A stretch of DNA of 34,825 nt from an uncultured Gammaproteobacteria bacterium (GCA_964572055.1 CAZNDY010000003.1:3928-38752); one strand, 5' to 3'. Positions 1 through 10,410 are shown, counted from the stretch's first letter. Made by a program: numbers and translations. The notes: generated from the sequence alone by a model not told the origin.

Positions 1-323
1 GTTATGAAATTATTAATAAAATTGGAGCTATTTTAGTTTTGGCTGATAAATCTGATGTTCATAGAAATAGAGTTAAAAATAAAACTCCGGAAAATATCAA
101 AAAAGATATTCATGATCGGGTTAATTATTCCGTTATCGAGTCTACTTTTAAGTTTAATAAACAAAAAAAAGAAGTAGTTTTAAAGTTAAAAATTGACACT
201 AAAGTTACGGGAGCTATGGAGTATTTTGAGATATTTAATGATAGGATGATATTTTGTCGAAAGGCAGCTGAATTTTTAGGCTGTAAATTTGTTTTGATTA
301 TTAATAATTTTAAGTTATCTTAA
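1..323 (+). CDS. HD-domain phosphohydrolase, C-terminal part (5' end outside window)
   Basis: The frame is open from position 3 (YEIINKIGAILVLADKSDVHRNRV...DIHDRVNYSV). The LADKSDVHRxRV/DIHDRVNY motifs are typical of an HD-hydrolase family. The TTG at 39 is not a real start. Confidence 0.7.
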   Translation, partial: YEIINKIGAILVLADKSDVHRNRVKNKTPENIKKDIHDRVNYSVIESTFKFNKQKKEVVLKLKIDTKVTGAMEYFEIFNDRMIFCRKAAEFLGCKFVLIINNFKLS

Positions 324-329
324 TTAACT

Positions 330-1136
330 ATGATTGGAGTTTTTGATTCAGGCGTTGGCGGCTTAACTGTTCTTAGTGGATTCTTAAAAAATCATTCAGA
401 ATATGATTATATTTATTTAGGTGATAACGCTAATGTTCCTTATGGTAATAAGTCAATGGAGACCATTTATAATTACACGGTTAAAGCTGTTGATTTTTTG
501 TATAGTCAAAATTGTAAATTAATAATAATAGCTTGTAACAGCGCTTCAGCTCAAGCTCTTAGAAAAATTCAGCAAGAATATTTACCAGTAAAGTACCCAG
601 GCTTAAAGGTGCTCGGAGTTATTCGTCCCATAGCTGAAGAAATAGTTAGTCTTAAAAATATTAAAAAAGTTGGTATTATTGGTACTAAAGCAACAATAAA
701 TTCTGATGTTTATGGTAGGGAAATAAGAAATTTAAGTAATGATTTAGATGTTTTTCAAAAAGCAACGCCACTTTTAGTTCCTCTAATAGAAGAAAATTGG
801 CTTAAAAAACCAGAAACAAAAATGATTCTTAAAAAATATTTGAGAGAATTTAAAGTAAAAAAAATAGAAGCCTTGGTTTTGGCTTGTACTCATTATCCTT
901 TTTTGCTAAAAGACATTAAAAGATTAATGGGAAAAAATTGTCAAGTTCTTGATACAGAAAAAATAATTAGTGATAGTCTCTTAAATTATCTGAATCGTCA
1001 TCCAGAATTAGAAATTGAAAAAAAAACAAACCCGCAGCTTAAATTTTATGCTACTGATAATGTTGATAAATTTAAAGAGTTGGGAGAATTTTTTTTAGGA
1101 AGAGATATGGATAATGTTCAAAAGGTTGTGTTGTAG
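330..1136 (+). CDS. murI: glutamate racemase
   Basis: IGVFDSGVGGLTV, ACNSAS and LACTHYP motifs with both catalytic cysteines. Confidence 0.97.
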   Translation: MIGVFDSGVGGLTVLSGFLKNHSEYDYIYLGDNANVPYGNKSMETIYNYTVKAVDFLYSQNCKLIIIACNSASAQALRKIQQEYLPVKYPGLKVLGVIRPIAEEIVSLKNIKKVGIIGTKATINSDVYGREIRNLSNDLDVFQKATPLLVPLIEENWLKKPETKMILKKYLREFKVKKIEALVLACTHYPFLLKDIKRLMGKNCQVLDTEKIISDSLLNYLNRHPELEIEKKTNPQLKFYATDNVDKFKELGEFFLGRDMDNVQKVVL

Positions 1137-1823
1137 TTACCATTTACTAGTATCGATTTTATAGCCTCGTCCTTTAATGGTATGGATTAAATCTCGCTTG
1201 TCTTGAGTGGGATTTATTTTTTTTCTAATTTTTAAAATATGCGATTCTATTGTATTGGAGAAGGGGTCGGCATTAAAATCCCAAACATTTTCCATTAGAA
1301 CTGTTCGAGAAAGAATTTTTCCTTGATTTTTTAAAAAATATTCCAAAAGCATTAATTCTTTAAAGGTTAAATATATTTTTTCTTTTCCTCTTTTTACTTG
1401 ATGTTTTTCAACGTCAACGTATAGGTCATCAATTTTATAAATTCTTCCTTTAGTTTCTTGTGGTCGACGCATAACGGCCTTAATTCTTCTTAACAAATCT
1501 TCAAATATAAAGGGCTTGGTGATGTAGTCATCGACGCCCAAATCAAACAGCTTGTTTTTCATTTCTTGCTCTCCTTCGACAGTTAGCATTATTATTGGTA
1601 TTTTTTTGTTTATTTCTCTTATTTCTTTAATTAATTCTTCTCCATTTTTGTCTGGCAAATTATAGTCTACTAGAATCATGTTGTAGACATTGGTTTGAAA
1701 TTTATAGAAAGCATCTTGGCTATCATTAGCCAAATCTACCGTGAACAGTTCTTTTTTTAAAGAGCTCTTCAATAATTGACAGATTTTTTTGTCATCATCA
1801 ACTATTAAAATCTTCATAAGCAT
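1137..1823 (-). CDS. OmpR/PhoB-family DNA-binding response regulator (no adjacent kinase)
   Basis: Receiver domain (ILIVDDD, LVDYNLP, GVDDYITKPF) plus winged helix (LTFKE..LL, SNTIESHILKIRKKI, IHTIKGRGY). Confidence 0.93.
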   Translation of the reverse strand: MLMKILIVDDDKKICQLLKSSLKKELFTVDLANDSQDAFYKFQTNVYNMILVDYNLPDKNGEELIKEIREINKKIPIIMLTVEGEQEMKNKLFDLGVDDYITKPFIFEDLLRRIKAVMRRPQETKGRIYKIDDLYVDVEKHQVKRGKEKIYLTFKELMLLEYFLKNQGKILSRTVLMENVWDFNADPFSNTIESHILKIRKKINPTQDKRDLIHTIKGRGYKIDTSKW

Positions 1824-1913
1824 TTTATCAATAATAAATATTGATTTTTTAATTATAATTTTTAGTATTTTAAAATAAACAAGATAAATTCTTCTTAAAT
1901 TTATTATAAATTA

Positions 1914-1942
1914 TTGTTTTTAACTCTTCTTTATGCTATAAT
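1914..1942 (+). promoter_or_regulatory. sigma70-type promoter of the glycosylation operon
   Basis: TTGTTT-N17-TATAAT with an extended TG motif, 9 nt before ATG 1952. Confidence 0.6.
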
Positions 1943-1951
1943 TTGTTCATT

Positions 1952-3406
1952 ATGGAGATTGATAAAAAGGTAAAAAATATAGCCAAAAACACTTCTTATT
2001 TGACAATAGCCTTGATAATACAAAAGGTTATTTCTTTTTTGTATTTTGTTATTTTAGCTAGAAATTTAGACCCAAGTGATTTGGGAAAGTATTATTTTGC
2101 CATTTCTTTTACTACTATTTTTGCTATTTTTATTGATTTAGGCTTGGTTAATTATTTAACCAGGGAAACAGCTAAAGATCGTGCAGGGGCAACTGGGCTC
2201 TTGTCTAATATTTTAGGAATGAAACTCGTTTTTAGTTTTTTTACTGTTTTGGCTGTTTTTTTATTTATAAATATTTTAGGTGATTATGATATTTTAAGCA
2301 AACAATTAGTTTATATTTCGTCAATTTGTATGGTGCTTGATTCTTTTACTTTGACCTTTTTTGGATCGGCTCGTGGTTTTCATAATCTAAAATTTGAAAG
2401 TGTCTCTTCGGTTCTTTTTCAGTTAATTGTTTTGTCTTTTGGATACTTGTTTATTTATTTGAAAATGGACTTGAGAGTAATAATGATCTCTTTGGTTTTA
2501 GCTAGTATTTTTAACTTCCTTTATTCTTATTTAATTTTAAAGTATAAAATAAAATTGAATATTAAAATTTCTTTTGATTTTAAATTTATAAAAAAAATAA
2601 TATTACTTAGTTTTCCTTTTGCTTTGTTTGGTATATTTCAACGCTTATATACTTACCTAGATTCTGTTTTGCTATCTTTTTTTTCTGGGGATTATTCAGT
2701 TGGCATCTATCAGGTTTCTTTTAAAATTATTTTTGCTTTACAATTTTTACCAATGGCTTTTACGGCCTCTCTTTATCCAGCTATGAGTTATTATTGGAAA
2801 GAGAATAGGGAGCAATTAAAGATAACTTTTAGAAGGTCAATTGATTATTTGCTTTTAATTTCTGTGCCAATTTCTTTCGGAATATTTCTTTTATCTGATA
2901 AAATTATTAGTATTTTTAAAGAGGGTTATTTTGAAGCTAATTGGCCTTTAAAAATTTCTATAATTTCTTTAATTTTTATTTTTTTAAATTTCCCGATTGG
3001 GTCATTGCTTAATGCTTGTGATAAACAAGCTAAGAACACGAGAAACATGTTAATAACTTTAATTTTTTCAGTTTCTTTGAATACTTTCTTGATACCAAAA
3101 TTTGGGGTAATTGGAGCTTCAATGGTTGTTCTTTTGAGTAATATTTTAATGTTTGTCTTGGGTATAATAGAGAGTAAGAAAATTATTGTTTATAAATTTA
3201 AGGAAAATTTTTCTATTTTTTTGAAAATTATTTTTTCTTCTTTTTTGATGGGAGTTTTTATTTTTATCCTAAAAGATTCTTTAAATATTTTCTTGTTATG
3301 TCTGTTGTCGGCAATTATTTATTTTTTATTAATATTTTTCTTGGGTGGCTTTAAAAAAGATGAAATAATTTATATTATAAATTCTTTTAAATTATCTAAA
3401 AAATAA
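1952..3406 (+). CDS. Wzx-type oligosaccharide flippase (MOP/MATE superfamily)
   Basis: Many TM segments; NIAKNT..L, ARNL.PSDLGKY, DLGL..YLTRE, YTYLDSVLL, LIPKFGVIGAS. ATG 1952 preferred over TTG 1943. Confidence 0.9.
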   Translation: MEIDKKVKNIAKNTSYLTIALIIQKVISFLYFVILARNLDPSDLGKYYFAISFTTIFAIFIDLGLVNYLTRETAKDRAGATGLLSNILGMKLVFSFFTVLAVFLFINILGDYDILSKQLVYISSICMVLDSFTLTFFGSARGFHNLKFESVSSVLFQLIVLSFGYLFIYLKMDLRVIMISLVLASIFNFLYSYLILKYKIKLNIKISFDFKFIKKIILLSFPFALFGIFQRLYTYLDSVLLSFFSGDYSVGIYQVSFKIIFALQFLPMAFTASLYPAMSYYWKENREQLKITFRRSIDYLLLISVPISFGIFLLSDKIISIFKEGYFEANWPLKISIISLIFIFLNFPIGSLLNACDKQAKNTRNMLITLIFSVSLNTFLIPKFGVIGASMVVLLSNILMFVLGIIESKKIIVYKFKENFSIFLKIIFSSFLMGVFIFILKDSLNIFLLCLLSAIIYFLLIFFLGGFKKDEIIYIINSFKLSKK

Positions 3407-3412
3407 TAATTT

Positions 3413-4513
3413 ATGAAATTTTTATTATTAACATCTGAATATTTTCCCTTTAAGGGTGGTGTGGCTAATTATTATACTAACATGATTTATCATTGGCCAG
3501 AATCTTCAGAGATAATTGTTTTGGATAATAATAATGATAGACTGATTAAGAAAGATGGTGTTTTAAGATGGTTTCCAGCTATTTCAAAAACATGGACAGA
3601 GATTAAAAAAAATAATATAGACAACGTTTTAGTGGGGCAGATTTTACCTTTAGGTACGGTTGTGTTTATTTTGTCGTTTTTTTTAAAAATCAAATATACA
3701 ATTTTTTTTCATGGAATGGACCTCTCCTTGGCCTCTAAAAACAATTGGAAAAAGTTTTTGACAAAAAAAATAATTAAAAGAGCTGATAAAATAATTTGTG
3801 CCAATTCTTTTGTTTCTGAAATGTTAAAAAATATTTATAGAATAGATAGTAAGGTTGCAATTGTTAATCCTGGCGTGAATGATTTTAATTTTAATAATGA
3901 ATCAAAAAGGGAAGAGTTAATTAAAAAATATAATTTGTCAGGTAAAAAGATTTTATTTAGTCTAGGTAGACTGGTTAAAAGAAAAGGTTTTGATTATACT
4001 ATTTTGTCTTTAGAGAAAGTTTTTCAGTCCAGCGATTTTTTAAATAGTAATTTAAAGTATATTATAGCTGGGACTGGTCCCGATGAGAGTTATTTAAAAG
4101 ATTTAGCATTTAAAACTTTTGGTGAAAATTTTCGAGAAAAAATAATTTTTACCGGCGAGATAAGCGAAGAAGAAAAATGGACTTTTTTGTCTCTATCTGA
4201 TATCTTCATTATGCCTGCTAGAAATATTGCTGGTGATTTTGAGGGTTTTGGTATAGTTTTTTTGGAGGCGGGTCTTTTAGCTAAGCCAGTTATTGCTGGT
4301 AAAAGCGGTGGTATATCTGATGCTGTTTCTCATAATTATAGTGGTTTAATGGTTGATCCTGAATCTAAAAATGAAATTTCGGAAGCTATTTTAAAGTTGT
4401 TAAATAACAAAAACTTAAATCATGATTTGGGTGAGGGGGGCAGAGAAAGGGCTTTAAATAAATTTAATTGGAAAAAACAGACAAAGAATATTTATGATTT
4501 TTTAAATAAATGA
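3413..4513 (+). CDS. glycosyltransferase family 4
   Basis: PFKGGVANY, GRLVKRKGFD, EGFGIVFLEAGLLAKPVIAG (EX7E motif). Confidence 0.93.
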   Translation: MKFLLLTSEYFPFKGGVANYYTNMIYHWPESSEIIVLDNNNDRLIKKDGVLRWFPAISKTWTEIKKNNIDNVLVGQILPLGTVVFILSFFLKIKYTIFFHGMDLSLASKNNWKKFLTKKIIKRADKIICANSFVSEMLKNIYRIDSKVAIVNPGVNDFNFNNESKREELIKKYNLSGKKILFSLGRLVKRKGFDYTILSLEKVFQSSDFLNSNLKYIIAGTGPDESYLKDLAFKTFGENFREKIIFTGEISEEEKWTFLSLSDIFIMPARNIAGDFEGFGIVFLEAGLLAKPVIAGKSGGISDAVSHNYSGLMVDPESKNEISEAILKLLNNKNLNHDLGEGGRERALNKFNWKKQTKNIYDFLNK

Positions 4514-5211
4514 TATCAATAATAATCCCTGTTTATAATGGGGCTAAAACAATTATAAATACTGTTAAAAGCATAGAAGCTCAAACTTATCGTGATTTTG
4601 AGGTTATTATTGTTAATGATGGCTCAAGAGACAACACTCGCTCTGTTTTTGAAAGATTTTTAGAAAGTTTTAAGGTTGGTAATAATTACTATTTCATTAA
4701 TCAGGAAAATAAGGGTGCTCCAGCTGCTAGAAATAGGGGTTTGAAGGAGTCTAGAGGTAGCTACATTCTTTTTTGTGATTGTGATGCTATTTTAAAGTCT
4801 GATGCTTTGGAAAAAATGTTACAAGCTTTAGAATCTAGGCCCGAAATTGCTTATGTTTATTCTTCTTTCTATTGGGGTAATAAATTATTTAAGTTGTGGC
4901 CTTTTGATGCTGATAGGCTTAAAAAAATGCCTTATATTCACACTATGTCGCTTATTAGAAGGGAGTTTTTTCCTGAAGGTGGGTGGGATGAAAGTATTAA
5001 AAAATTACAAGACTGGGATTTGTGGTTGACCATGCTAGAGAATGGACATGGCGGGTTTTTTATTGATGAAGCTTTGTTTAAAATAAAGCCAGGTGGGACT
5101 ATTTCATCTTGGTTACCAGCTTTCGCTTACAAAGCTTTCCCTTTTTTACCAGCTGTTAAAAAATATAAGAAGGCTATGAAAATTATAAAAGATAAACATA
5201 ACTTGATTTGA
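4510..5211 (+). CDS. glycosyltransferase family 2
   Basis: ISIIIPVYN, IIVNDGSRD, NKGAPAARNRG, FCDCD (DxD), QDWDLW. Confidence 0.93.
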   Translation: MISIIIPVYNGAKTIINTVKSIEAQTYRDFEVIIVNDGSRDNTRSVFERFLESFKVGNNYYFINQENKGAPAARNRGLKESRGSYILFCDCDAILKSDALEKMLQALESRPEIAYVYSSFYWGNKLFKLWPFDADRLKKMPYIHTMSLIRREFFPEGGWDESIKKLQDWDLWLTMLENGHGGFFIDEALFKIKPGGTISSWLPAFAYKAFPFLPAVKKYKKAMKIIKDKHNLI

Positions 5212-5215
5212 TAAA

Positions 5216-6739
5216 ATGTTTAATATCTCTTGGTCAAAATCCGATTATAAAAAAATATTTTTTATTTTTTTGATATCATTTTTATTAGAAATGATATCTT
5301 TTGTTTCTTTTAATTTTAGCTTATTAAATACTTTATTTTTTTTCTTATTAGTTTTGTTGTTGGCGGTCCTTAGTTTTGTTAATTTAAAATGGGGAGCTTA
5401 TTTACTTTTAGCTGAGATTTTTTTAAACTCAATGGGTTATATTTTTTATTTAGAAAATGGAGGTTTAAAAATTTCACTAAGGATAGCTTTTTGGTTGGTT
5501 TTTATGGCTATTTTTTTAAGTAAATTTATTTTTTCATTTATAAAAGATAGGTCAAATATAATGAATTTTTTTAAAAATTTTATTTTTGGTAAAAATTTTC
5601 TTTTTTTATCTATTTTTTTGGCTTTTTCTTTTATCTTTGGCTTAGTTAATAACGGATTTTCTGATGCTTTTTTTGATTTTAATTCTTGGCTTTTTTTGAT
5701 TTTGATTTTACCCTTTTCTTATATTATTTATTTCTCTAAACAAGAAAATAAGGATGATTTTTGGAAAAATGTTTTTTTAATATTCATTTCAGTTGGTTTT
5801 TATATGATTTTTAAATCATTGTTTTTCTTGTTTTCTTTTTCACATGACTTAAGACCGATTATTTCAGATCTTTATTCTTGGAGTAGGGTATATGCTTTAG
5901 GGGAAATAACTAACATGAATAATGGTTTTTATCGAATATTTTTTCAGAATCAAATTTTTTCTTTTTTAATTTTTTATTTTAGTTTTATATTTTTAATAAA
6001 AGAAAATAAAAAAATTAAATACAATTTTTTATTAATTTCGATTTTGTCTTTATCGGTAATTATTTTAAGCTTTTCTAGAAGTTTCTGGTTTGGCTTTTTG
6101 TCAGCTTTTTTAGTTCTTGTGTTTTTTGTTTGGCATAAGTATGGTTTTAAAAAATTTTTAAAAACATTTTTTTTGGGATTGTTATCCCTGGCGGTTTCTT
6201 TGTTGTTGATTTTTATTATCGTTAAATTTCCTTGGCCAACAGTTAAAAATTCTTTTAATATTGATTCATTTTCTGAAAGAGCCAAGGTAACTGCCAATGA
6301 ATCAGCTATATCTTCTCGTTGGGCTTTATTAGATGCTATGAAAATTGAAATTCAGTCTAATTTCTTTTTGGGTAAGGGTTTTGGAGCTCGCATAGAGTAT
6401 ATTTCTAGTGATCCTAGAGTTCTTCAAAGTAGTCCTGATGGTAAATATTCAACTTATGCTTTTGAATGGGGTTGGTTGGATATTTTATTAAAAATGGGAT
6501 TTTTAGGTTTTGTAATTTACTCCTGGTTGATTTTATTATTTTTGAAAAAAAATTTAATCGCTTTTTATGATAGTGGTGATTATTTATATTTAATTATAGT
6601 TTCATCTCTTTTGAGTTTGTGTGCTGTTAATTTTTTTACTCCTTATCTTAATCACCCTCTAGGAATATCTTTGTTGATTTTATTAATTTTATTTTTTGAT
6701 TATTTCAAGAGCCAAAATAATAAAATATGTTTAAAATAA
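5216..6739 (+). CDS. O-antigen ligase / Wzy_C-family membrane protein
   Basis: Polytopic membrane protein; LSFSRSFW, S..SRW, FFLGKGFG, WLDILLKMGFLG. Confidence 0.8.
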   Translation: MFNISWSKSDYKKIFFIFLISFLLEMISFVSFNFSLLNTLFFFLLVLLLAVLSFVNLKWGAYLLLAEIFLNSMGYIFYLENGGLKISLRIAFWLVFMAIFLSKFIFSFIKDRSNIMNFFKNFIFGKNFLFLSIFLAFSFIFGLVNNGFSDAFFDFNSWLFLILILPFSYIIYFSKQENKDDFWKNVFLIFISVGFYMIFKSLFFLFSFSHDLRPIISDLYSWSRVYALGEITNMNNGFYRIFFQNQIFSFLIFYFSFIFLIKENKKIKYNFLLISILSLSVIILSFSRSFWFGFLSAFLVLVFFVWHKYGFKKFLKTFFLGLLSLAVSLLLIFIIVKFPWPTVKNSFNIDSFSERAKVTANESAISSRWALLDAMKIEIQSNFFLGKGFGARIEYISSDPRVLQSSPDGKYSTYAFEWGWLDILLKMGFLGFVIYSWLILLFLKKNLIAFYDSGDYLYLIIVSSLLSLCAVNFFTPYLNHPLGISLLILLILFFDYFKSQNNKICLK

Positions 6740-7341
6740 TTGCCATAGCAACAATGTTAATTGATCATGTTGGTTTGGTTTTTTTTCCAGATCAGATTAT
6801 TTTTAGGCTTATTGGTCGTTTAGCTTTTCCATTCTTTGCCTGGGGGATAGCTAATGGTTATGCTAAAACTAAAAATGTTTATAAGTATGGATGGAGATTA
6901 TTGTTGTTAGCTTTAATTTCCCAACCTTTCTTTTATTTGGTTATAGATAAAGAGGTTTTAAATATTTGTTTCACTTTGTTATTGGGGTTGGCTGCTATCT
7001 TTTTTTATGAAAACAGGTTGAAAAATAAATTGTTAAGTTATTTTTTATTGTTTATTATTTTAATATTACCCTTTGTCATTCCTTTGGATTATGGTCTTTA
7101 TGGAGTTATCATGATAATGTTTTTTCATGTTTTTAAAGATAAACTTGTCATTCCTTTGCAGTCTGGATTGACTGTTGTTAGGGTTTTTTTGTTACCTCAA
7201 TCTTTTTGGCAGGTTTTTGCAATCCCTTCTTTTCTTATAATTTATTATTTTAAAAAATATGATTTTAAGATTAATAAATATTTACAGTATTCTTTTTATC
7301 CGCTTCATTTACTAATCATTTATTTAATAACTTTAATATAA
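6727..7341 (+). CDS. TraX-family membrane protein (putative acyltransferase)
   Basis: KIIA..TMLIDHVG, IGRLAFPFFA, LALISQP, NI.FTL, DYG.YG, YSFYPLHLLII. Confidence 0.88.
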   Translation: MFKIIAIATMLIDHVGLVFFPDQIIFRLIGRLAFPFFAWGIANGYAKTKNVYKYGWRLLLLALISQPFFYLVIDKEVLNICFTLLLGLAAIFFYENRLKNKLLSYFLLFIILILPFVIPLDYGLYGVIMIMFFHVFKDKLVIPLQSGLTVVRVFLLPQSFWQVFAIPSFLIIYYFKKYDFKINKYLQYSFYPLHLLIIYLITLI

Positions 7342-7347
7342 TTTTAT

Positions 7348-7376
7348 TTGCATTATTTATTAAAAATTGATATATT
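7348..7376 (+). promoter_or_regulatory. sigma70-type promoter of greA-lysS
   Basis: TTGCAT-N17-TATATT with an extended TG motif. Confidence 0.55.
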
Positions 7377-7420
7377 TTAAAAGATTATTTTAAAACAATC
7401 TAATAATATAATTAAAAACT

Positions 7421-7882
7421 ATGGAGAATCAAATTATAACACAAGAAGGTTACAATAAGATTAAGGAAGAATTGGATTTATTGAGTGTGGTTAGAAGAAA
7501 GGAGATCGCTGAAAGAATTGAAAGAGCTAAGGAATTGGGTGATTTGAGTGAAAATGCTGAATACAGTGAGGCTAAGGATGCTCAAGCTTTGAACGAAGGT
7601 CGAATTTTAGAATTAACAAATATTTTAAAAAATGTAACTGTAGTTGAAACTGTTGGTTCTAACAAGGGTGAAATTGAAATGGGCTCTAGCGTTAAAGTGT
7701 CTTGTAATGGTAAGGAAAAGGATTTTGTTATAGTTAGTTTTAACGAGGCCGATCCTTTAAATGGTAAAATATCAAATGAATCTCCAATTGGAATGGCTTT
7801 TTTAGGAAAAAGAAAAGGAGATGAGGTTATGGTTACTACTCCTAAGGGAGAATTTAAGTATAAAATTCTTGAAATTAAATAA
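7421..7882 (+). CDS. greA: transcription elongation factor GreA
   Basis: GDLSENAEY and ISNESPIG.A.LG motifs. Confidence 0.97.
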   Translation: MENQIITQEGYNKIKEELDLLSVVRRKEIAERIERAKELGDLSENAEYSEAKDAQALNEGRILELTNILKNVTVVETVGSNKGEIEMGSSVKVSCNGKEKDFVIVSFNEADPLNGKISNESPIGMAFLGKRKGDEVMVTTPKGEFKYKILEIK

Positions 7883-7883
7883 T

Positions 7884-9353
7884 ATGGAAAATAAAACACC
7901 TATTAACTCTAGCAGTGAAAGAGTTGAAAGGGAAATAAAACTTAATAAGATTTTAGAAGTAAAAAATCCTTACCCTAGCAAAACAGCAAGAACTCATTCT
8001 ATTACTGATGTTTTGTCTAATTTTTCTAGTTTAGAGGAGGGTAAAGAAAGTGTTGTTTTGGCTGGAAGAGTTATCAATTTAAGGACTCATGGTAATCTTA
8101 GTTTTGCTAATTTAAAAGATTTTTCTGGTGAAATTCAATTAGCTTTTTCTAAAAATGAATTGGGCGATAATTATAAGTCATTTGTAAAGTTAATTGATAT
8201 GGGTGATTTTTTAGAGGTTAGCGGTGTTTGTTTTGTTACCCATAAAGGTCAAAATAGTTTATTAGTTAAGGACTATAAGGTTTTGAGCAAGGCTTTGTTA
8301 CCATTACCAGAAAAGTGGCACGGATTAAAAGACGAAGAGGAGAGATTGAGAAAGAGGTATTTAGACTTACTTACCAATGATGATTTACGAGAAATGTTTG
8401 TTAAAAAGTCAAAATTTTGGCAAGTTACTCGTGATTTTATGATAAAAAAAGGTTTTTTTGAGGTGGAAACTCCTGTTTTAGAAACAACTACTGGCGGGGC
8501 AGAGGCTAGACCTTTTAAAACTTATCATAATGATTTTGATTTAGACGTTTATTTAAGGATATCAGTGGGTGAGTTATGGCAAAAAAGATTAATGGCTGCT
8601 GGTTTTGAAAAAACTTTTGAAATTGGTAAGGTTTTTAGAAATGAAGGTAGTAGCCCTGATCATTTGCAGGAATTTACTAATTTAGAATTTTATTGGGCTT
8701 ATGCTAATTATAGAGATGGAATGAAATTATCTCAAGAGTTGTACAGAGAAATAGCTGTTCAAGTTTTTGGTACAACGAAGTTTAAAACTAAAGGTTATGA
8801 ATATGATTTAGCGCAAGAGTGGAGAGAAATAGATTATAAAGAGGAGATATTAAAGCAGACAGGAATAGATGTTTTAAGTGCTACTAAGGAAGAGATGGCT
8901 TCTAAATTGCAAGAATTGAAGGTTAAATATGATGGTCAAAACAGGGAAAGGTTGATGGATACTTTATGGAAATATTGTCGAAAAAATATAGCTGGACCAG
9001 CTTTTTTAATAAATCATCCCAAATTAGTATCTCCTTTGGCTAAGTCTAAGGAGGAAAACCCTGAGTTGACTGAAAGATTTCAAATAATTATAGCTGGCAG
9101 TGAGGTTGGTAATGGTTATAGTGAGTTGAACAATCCAATTGAACAGAGAAAAAGATTTGAAGAACAGCAAACCTTAATTGATAGGGGTGATGAAGAGGCT
9201 ATGATGCCTGACTGGGAATTTGTTGAAATGCTTGAGCATGGTATGCCACCAACCTGTGGCTTTGGTTTTGGTGAGAGATTATTTGCTTTTTTAAACGATA
9301 AACCAGTAAGAGAGACAACTCTTTTTCCTTTATTAAAGCCTAGAGTTGATTAA
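7884..9353 (+). CDS. lysS: lysine--tRNA ligase (class II)
   Basis: OB-fold N-terminus, LPEKWHGL, R.RYLDL, GGAEARPF, FRNEG, GYSELNNP, GMPPTCGFGFG. The true start is ATG 7884, just after the greA stop. Confidence 0.97.
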   Translation: MENKTPINSSSERVEREIKLNKILEVKNPYPSKTARTHSITDVLSNFSSLEEGKESVVLAGRVINLRTHGNLSFANLKDFSGEIQLAFSKNELGDNYKSFVKLIDMGDFLEVSGVCFVTHKGQNSLLVKDYKVLSKALLPLPEKWHGLKDEEERLRKRYLDLLTNDDLREMFVKKSKFWQVTRDFMIKKGFFEVETPVLETTTGGAEARPFKTYHNDFDLDVYLRISVGELWQKRLMAAGFEKTFEIGKVFRNEGSSPDHLQEFTNLEFYWAYANYRDGMKLSQELYREIAVQVFGTTKFKTKGYEYDLAQEWREIDYKEEILKQTGIDVLSATKEEMASKLQELKVKYDGQNRERLMDTLWKYCRKNIAGPAFLINHPKLVSPLAKSKEENPELTERFQIIIAGSEVGNGYSELNNPIEQRKRFEEQQTLIDRGDEEAMMPDWEFVEMLEHGMPPTCGFGFGERLFAFLNDKPVRETTLFPLLKPRVD

Positions 9354-9369
9354 TTCTTTTATATTTATA

Positions 9370-9398
9370 TTGACTTTTTTGAAAAATCCTTTTATAAT
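9370..9398 (+). promoter_or_regulatory. sigma70-type promoter
   Basis: TTGACT-N17-TATAAT. Confidence 0.7.
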
Positions 9399-9440
9399 AA
9401 AAGGATTTTTTTATTGTTGAACCTTAAAAATTTGAAATAT

Positions 9441-10331
9441 ATGGACATATCTGTTGTTATTGACAAGTTGATATCTGATGGCAAGATAGACGAAGCTTTA
9501 ACTTTAGTCAGTTTGAATATTGATGAAGATAAAAGTATTCTTGGTCTTCTTATTGAGAAGTTTATTTCTACTAATGACTGTTTGTCTCTTTTAAAATGTT
9601 TCGAAAGAACAGGGGAGAGGCCAGATGAAGAAGAAGTTGAATTTCTTTTTCATCATTTTTGTCTTTTTTCTCATAGTAATGATTATTCATCAGCTGAAAG
9701 AATCGAAAGATTACTTGAAAGGAATTTGTTTATCGAGAGTGACCTGAAGAGAATTTTGGAAAATAATTTGAAAACAAAAGTTGATTTAAAAATAATTTTT
9801 AAAATTTTTCAAAGAATTGAAGAAATCAAAAAAAACGATGAAGAAAAAAGTGTCGATGGGAAAAAAAATAAAAAAGAAAAAGATTCTTTTTTACAAGAAA
9901 AAGCCAGAGAAGTGATTGATTCTTATTTTGGTGATAAATTGATGTTAAAATTTTTTCGGTTTTTGCCAGACAGATCTATTGTTAAAAAAAATATTGAGTT
10001 TAAGGTATTTCAAGCAATAGAAGGCGGTGATTTTGATGAGGCTAAAGATTTGGTTTATTTTTTGGAGAGAAAATTAACCAGATCAGAGTTGGAATTAATT
10101 TTGGAAAAAAATTTGGAAAAAAGTTCTTGCACTACAATAGAAAGAATTTTAAAAATTTTAAAAAGAAAATTAACACAGGAAGAGTTAAAAAAGAGATTTT
10201 TGTATTTAGTTAAAGACAACGAAAAAGAAAAATCTTTAAACATGCTTTATCTTTTTTCTGATAAAAATAAGGTAAAAATGATTAAAATTTTTGTTAGAAA
10301 ATTTGGTTATGATAAAAAAATTCCAGATTAA
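9441..10331 (+). CDS. hypothetical alpha-helical repeat protein
   Basis: Long ORF with its own promoter and terminator; repeated 'L(E/K)RKLTxxEL'-like helical units. No family recognised. Confidence 0.7.
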   Translation: MDISVVIDKLISDGKIDEALTLVSLNIDEDKSILGLLIEKFISTNDCLSLLKCFERTGERPDEEEVEFLFHHFCLFSHSNDYSSAERIERLLERNLFIESDLKRILENNLKTKVDLKIIFKIFQRIEEIKKNDEEKSVDGKKNKKEKDSFLQEKAREVIDSYFGDKLMLKFFRFLPDRSIVKKNIEFKVFQAIEGGDFDEAKDLVYFLERKLTRSELELILEKNLEKSSCTTIERILKILKRKLTQEELKKRFLYLVKDNEKEKSLNMLYLFSDKNKVKMIKIFVRKFGYDKKIPD

Positions 10332-10346
10332 TAAGCTCGGAATTTT

Positions 10347-10375
10347 AAAAGCTCCTATAAAAAGGAGCTTTTTTT
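10347..10375 (+). terminator. intrinsic terminator
   Basis: AAAAGCTCCT-ATAAAA-AGGAGCTTTT followed by a T run. Confidence 0.75.
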
Positions 10376-10381
10376 ATTTAC

Positions 10382-10410
10382 TTGAAAAAAAAATAATTTA
10401 ATGTTATAAA
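10382..10410 (+). promoter_or_regulatory. promoter of tRNA-Gln
   Basis: TTGAAA-N17-TATAAA with an extended TG motif, 17 nt before the tRNA. Confidence 0.6.
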
